A DNA stretch of 64,000 nucleotides from Eledone cirrhosa. Taxonomy: Eukaryota. Of the stretch, positions 60,001 to 64,000 are shown in pieces. A program made the translations under genes and the position numbers. The notes beneath the pieces are model-generated. The model did no database searches. It had not been told where the DNA came from and saw only the letters and a program-made list of their open reading frames with translations. Position 1 is the first letter of the stretch; each line of letters opens with the position of its first letter. Location of the stretch: contig OZ024742.1 in assembly GCA_964016885.1 (NCBI GenBank), positions 300,266,001-300,330,000 on the forward strand. Reading direction: 5' to 3'.

Positions 60001-62138
60001 AATATTTTCCAAATTGATTGAATTTGTCGAACCCAAAGCATCTAGAACTGTGGGTCATCAAACCACCTCCCTACTTACTGCAATTGGGATTGAGATATTA
60101 TCTGCAAGAACGTGTCCTGCTAGAGGAACTAGCTCTTTCAAAGTATTTCACTCACTATACTCCATGATAAATCATTCACCATTCTGTTCACCAAAACCAT
60201 GAAGCAACAACAAATTTAAATATGATGTCGAAAACACACACAATACATAGAAACAGTCAAATATAAAAACCCATTGTAGAAAATTCACAAAGATATTACA
60301 AACTGCTCATATTCACCTGTTCCCAAGGGCTCTTTCTCTTGTGATATAGTGATTCGTATATCCATCTGTTAATTAAAAGATGAATCATTTTAAAAACCAA
60401 CTAGTTGACAAAAGAGGGAAAAAATGGATTTTTTTGGTAGTACTCATTTCAGTTGAGTTGACTGGAGCAATGTAAAATGAAGTGTTTTACACAAGAATAT
60501 AATGTGCCATCTGGGCCAGCAACCTAACTCATGGTATTAGAACTGTAAGCCCAATACACTCACCACTATGCCATGTGCCGTCACTAATGTGATAGTGTCA
60601 GTCATAAATATAAAACAAATGCCATTTGTTACTTACCACTTTTTCTAAATGTTTTAACTCATCTTCCATCTGATCGGCTCGGTAGCTGACAGCCAAAATA
60701 ATGTGTCTTACACCAGCCTAAAATAGTGAAAATGAAATTAATGTGTTGTATTCAAATGTGTGTTCCAGTTGTTCAATGAACAGAACTACCTGAGCATTCC
60801 ATAGACATGTGTATCATTAACATACTTCTCAGATATTCAGAAGGACACAGCATATGACAAGGCAGGCCTTTTGAATTACAGGTATAACTCATTTTTTACA
60901 GATGTTTGGACTGGAGTAATGTGAAATAAAGTGCCTTGCTTGAGGGCACAATATGTCATCCAGTCCAAGAATCAAACTCATTACTTTACAATTATGTGCT
61001 CAACACTCTAACCACTAAGTCATGCAATTTCCCATTTAAACATCAAAACTAAGGAATTAAAAGAAAAAGAATGGAGCCGATTATCAGATCAGACCAAGGA
61101 AAGCATGTTTCCATTTGTCTTTTTATTGCTGATACTATCTGCCAGTCACAATTCCTGACAGAAGCAGCATCACTGCTTTTCCAGTAACAGGAGGTAGGGT
61201 TTGAACTCAGAACAGACATTACACAGCAAGACTGAATACAAACCTAGTATCTGAACCATATACATTGCTGATTGAGTCTACTATATGAGTAGATTGAGCC
61301 TACTTACTGTTATATAAGTGTAAGGGGAGCAAATGTAAAACATGAGAGTTAGGAAATAACATAATTGGTAAGATAGAAAAAAGGAAATAGCTTATTTTAT
61401 GACATATATATATAGAAGTCCATAATAATTGCTTCTACTTTAGGCACAAGGCCAGCAATTTGAAGGGGAGGGGAAACTCAATTAAATCGACTCTAGTGCA
61501 TTACTGATGCTTTATTTTATCAACCCTGCAAGGATGAAAGGCAAAGCTAACCTTGGCGGAATTTGAACTCAGAACATAAGGGATCATAACTATGCATCTA
61601 AGCATGTTGTCTGACGCTTACCAATTCTGTCAATCCACTGAAAGGGAGATGAGAAGGAAACACCACAGAAGCACTCTTGTTGGTTCGTTTTAGTTGATGT
61701 TTTACAGTATACTACAATGGTCTCTGCTCATTGGAACATGCTAGAGTCATGCCACCTCCACTCAAAACCTCCTGACTCACCACCTCCAAGCCATGCACTG
61801 AACCCTATGCCCAGTTTTTCCAGTCCAGAACATTGACTCTTTTGATCATGCCTTTCTAAAAGGAGTGGACCTGCAACAGTTTAAACAGAACATCAACAAC
61901 ATCAAATCTCTAGTCTCTGAGGGCTTGTGAAGGCCACAGGTACTGCCCTTCTTGACATATAGAGGAAAAAACAACAACACATAGACACAGAGGGGCACAG
62001 ACTACTTACCTCTACAAGAGCTTCAATTTGATGTAGCAGCATTGGTTTGTTACCAAATTCAACTAAAGGTTTCGGGTGGCTTAGTGTAAGAGGCCGAAGC
62101 CTGGTGCCATAACCTCCAACTAGTATAAGGGCCTTCAT
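48060..62138 (-). CDS. GMPPB: Mannose-1-phosphate guanylyltransferase beta (GDP-mannose pyrophosphorylase B), 360 aa; exons 62138-62010, 60717-60637, 60365-60317, 59338-59196, 58046-57888, 56946-56868, 55941-55814, 54413-54231, 48191-48060
   Basis: All introns are GT-AG. Exons of 129+81+49+143+159+79+128+183+132 = 1083 nt splice in frame. Motifs [51 protein letters not shown], hexapeptide repeats and C-terminal VPEPQIIM. An acceptor just upstream of the ATG implies a further non-coding exon. Confidence 0.97.
49283..53450 (+). mobile_element. Young, near full-length RTE-clade LINE, copy B (49927-52947, two in-frame stops at 50815 and 50974), antisense in the last GMPPB intron
   Basis: Colinear and highly similar to copy A, with the same EN/RT motifs, 3' UTR repeats and (GAT)n tail. 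The 5' boundary is approximate. Confidence 0.95.
53450..53675 (+). mobile_element. Older RTE 3' fragment abutting the tail of copy B
   Basis: Translates to [16 protein letters not shown]...[16 protein letters not shown] and has its own (GAT)n tail. Confidence 0.75.
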
Positions 62139-63682
62139 TACTGTGAGGAATCTGAAATAATAAAGTAACTGCTTTTACAAACAGTTTATTTGCAATAATA
62201 ATGTTCATTTCTATACATGATTATCCTACCTTAATATGCACATATACACATATTTAAAGCAGAGACTTGGCAGAATCACTAGAATGTCAGATAGAAAAGT
62301 ATGTGGTAGTTGATCTGGTACTTTGAGTTCAAATACTGCTGAGATCAACTTGGCTTTTCATCCTTTCAAGGACAAAGTCTTAGTGCAGTAGAGAGGGTCA
62401 ATTCTTCCTCTATTTTTTGCAATTTCTGAATATCACAGCAGTGCCCCTATGATTCCATAAGTTTAGGGTGATAATACTAATGGTCCTTTTTATATATTAG
62501 CCTGTTCTTTGATTATCTTTCAGGGTGAGCACGAATGCCGACCGCCCAGGGCCCATGGATGGATATATATATACATATTTACACTTCCATGCACACCACA
62601 CACATGATCTGAGTTCAAATCCCGCTGAAGTTAACTTTGCCTTTCATCCTTACGGGGTCGATAAAATAAAATAAAGTACCAGTAATGTACTGGGTAATTG
62701 CTGGCCTTGTGCCTAAAACAATTATTTAACTGGTAAAAAAAAAAAATGGTTGTGCTTAATGGCTAACCTTTTCAATGTCCATGCATTAAATATGTTAACA
62801 CTAATTTTTAAATATTGTTTTTCATACTGATGACATCTATAATTCATTCTCTAAACAATTCTAATTTTCTATGTCAGCCAGTGTATATTGTTGTACATTT
62901 ATTTATGGCTAATTTATCTGAAGGCTTCAGTGATGAAGCCATAAGACAAAAACCTGTCTGGAGTTGTCTCCCATGAGTGTTCCAGTTATTCAGGTTGCCA
63001 CAAGAGGTGTCACAGAATGTAGCATCCCGGATGTGTGATAGAGTGGAGTCAACACCAGCAATTTGGGTGAATGTGAAAGTTGATTATATTGACACAGAAT
63101 TTGTTTGGTATTTTATTGACCCCAGAAGGATGAGATGCTAAGTAGACCTTGGAATAAATACTGCCAGGAATCTGTCCAACGTGTTAACAATTCTGGCAAT
63201 CAATTACCCTACATCTTCAATGTAATAATGTTACTCTGACATTTTGAAGAAAGTTTAATATAACTGATAAGATAAATGACAGACTTTACAACTAACATAC
63301 AGCAGTTACACCAGCAATGAATGATAAATATACATTAAAACAAAAATAGACTAAAATAAAAAAATTTTGTTTTTACAATAACTCTAGTAGATAATGTCAG
63401 TGATTGATTTGTCTGCCATCCATGATGACAGCTTTAGACAAGAAGTAATGGTGGGTTTGTGATGGTATAGAAAGACTACTAAACAGATATTCTGCACTTG
63501 TTTAGAAAATATATTATAACAAAGTATAAACAATTAGCTCTTTGAATATTATTTGTTTGTTTTAAATAAAGGTGTATTGAGTACAGGTATAGTTGTGTGC
63601 TTAAGAGGCTTCCTTTACAGTCACGTGGTTCTGGGTACTTTGCCGCACCTTGGGTGAGCTTCTTCATTAGAGTTCATGAATA

Positions 63683-64000
63683 TCATCATCATCATCACCG
63701 TTTTACGTCCATTCTTCCACGCTAGCATGGGTTAGACGAGTTGTCCTGTTGGCTGACCTTGCCTTGCTCATACAGGAACTGATTTTGGCTTGATTTCTAC
63801 AGCTGGATGTCCTTCCTAACACCAACCTCATTTACAGTGAGTGCTGGGTTTTTTTTTTCCGTAGCACCTCCACGACCACTTTGTAGTGGAATGATAGGGA
63901 CCCCAGTCCTATCATCTCATTTCTACAGCAGAGTAAACTGGAGCAATGTGAAATAAAGTGTCTTGCTCAAGGAAACAACACATCACCGGGTCCGAAAATT
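63683..64000 (-). mobile_element. SINE family B copy, head running off the window
   Basis: Closely matches 45628-45900, including CCTCCACGACCACTTTG.AGTGGAATGATA.GGACCCCAGTCC. Confidence 0.82.

Overview
Eukaryotic, AT-rich, repeat-dense animal DNA. It is most consistent with a coleoid cephalopod (octopus-like); this is inferred from the repeat landscape and not proven. One conserved host gene is fully resolved: GMPPB (minus strand, 9 coding exons, 48060-62138, 360 aa). Two paralogous intronless ORFs (5598-6770 and 23057-24232) appear to encode a tandem death-domain-like protein; they are nearly identical except for a sharply bounded, highly diverged ~110-bp patch. Mobile DNA includes a tandem array of Tx1/L1-clade elements in a (TATC)n microsatellite and two young, near full-length RTE-clade LINEs in inverted orientation whose RT carries an inserted C4HC3 PHD-like finger. 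It also includes older RTE relics, an internally deleted Helitron with both canonical ends inside a pair of inverted repeats, pogo, mariner, CR1 and Hero-like fragments, two tRNA-derived SINE families, foldback/MITE elements and a ~7.7-kb (TA/CA) satellite. The best candidates for new biology are the PHD-bearing RTE reverse transcriptase, the diversified death-domain gene pair and the (TATC)n-associated Tx1 array. No database searches were run, so family assignments rest on motif recognition.
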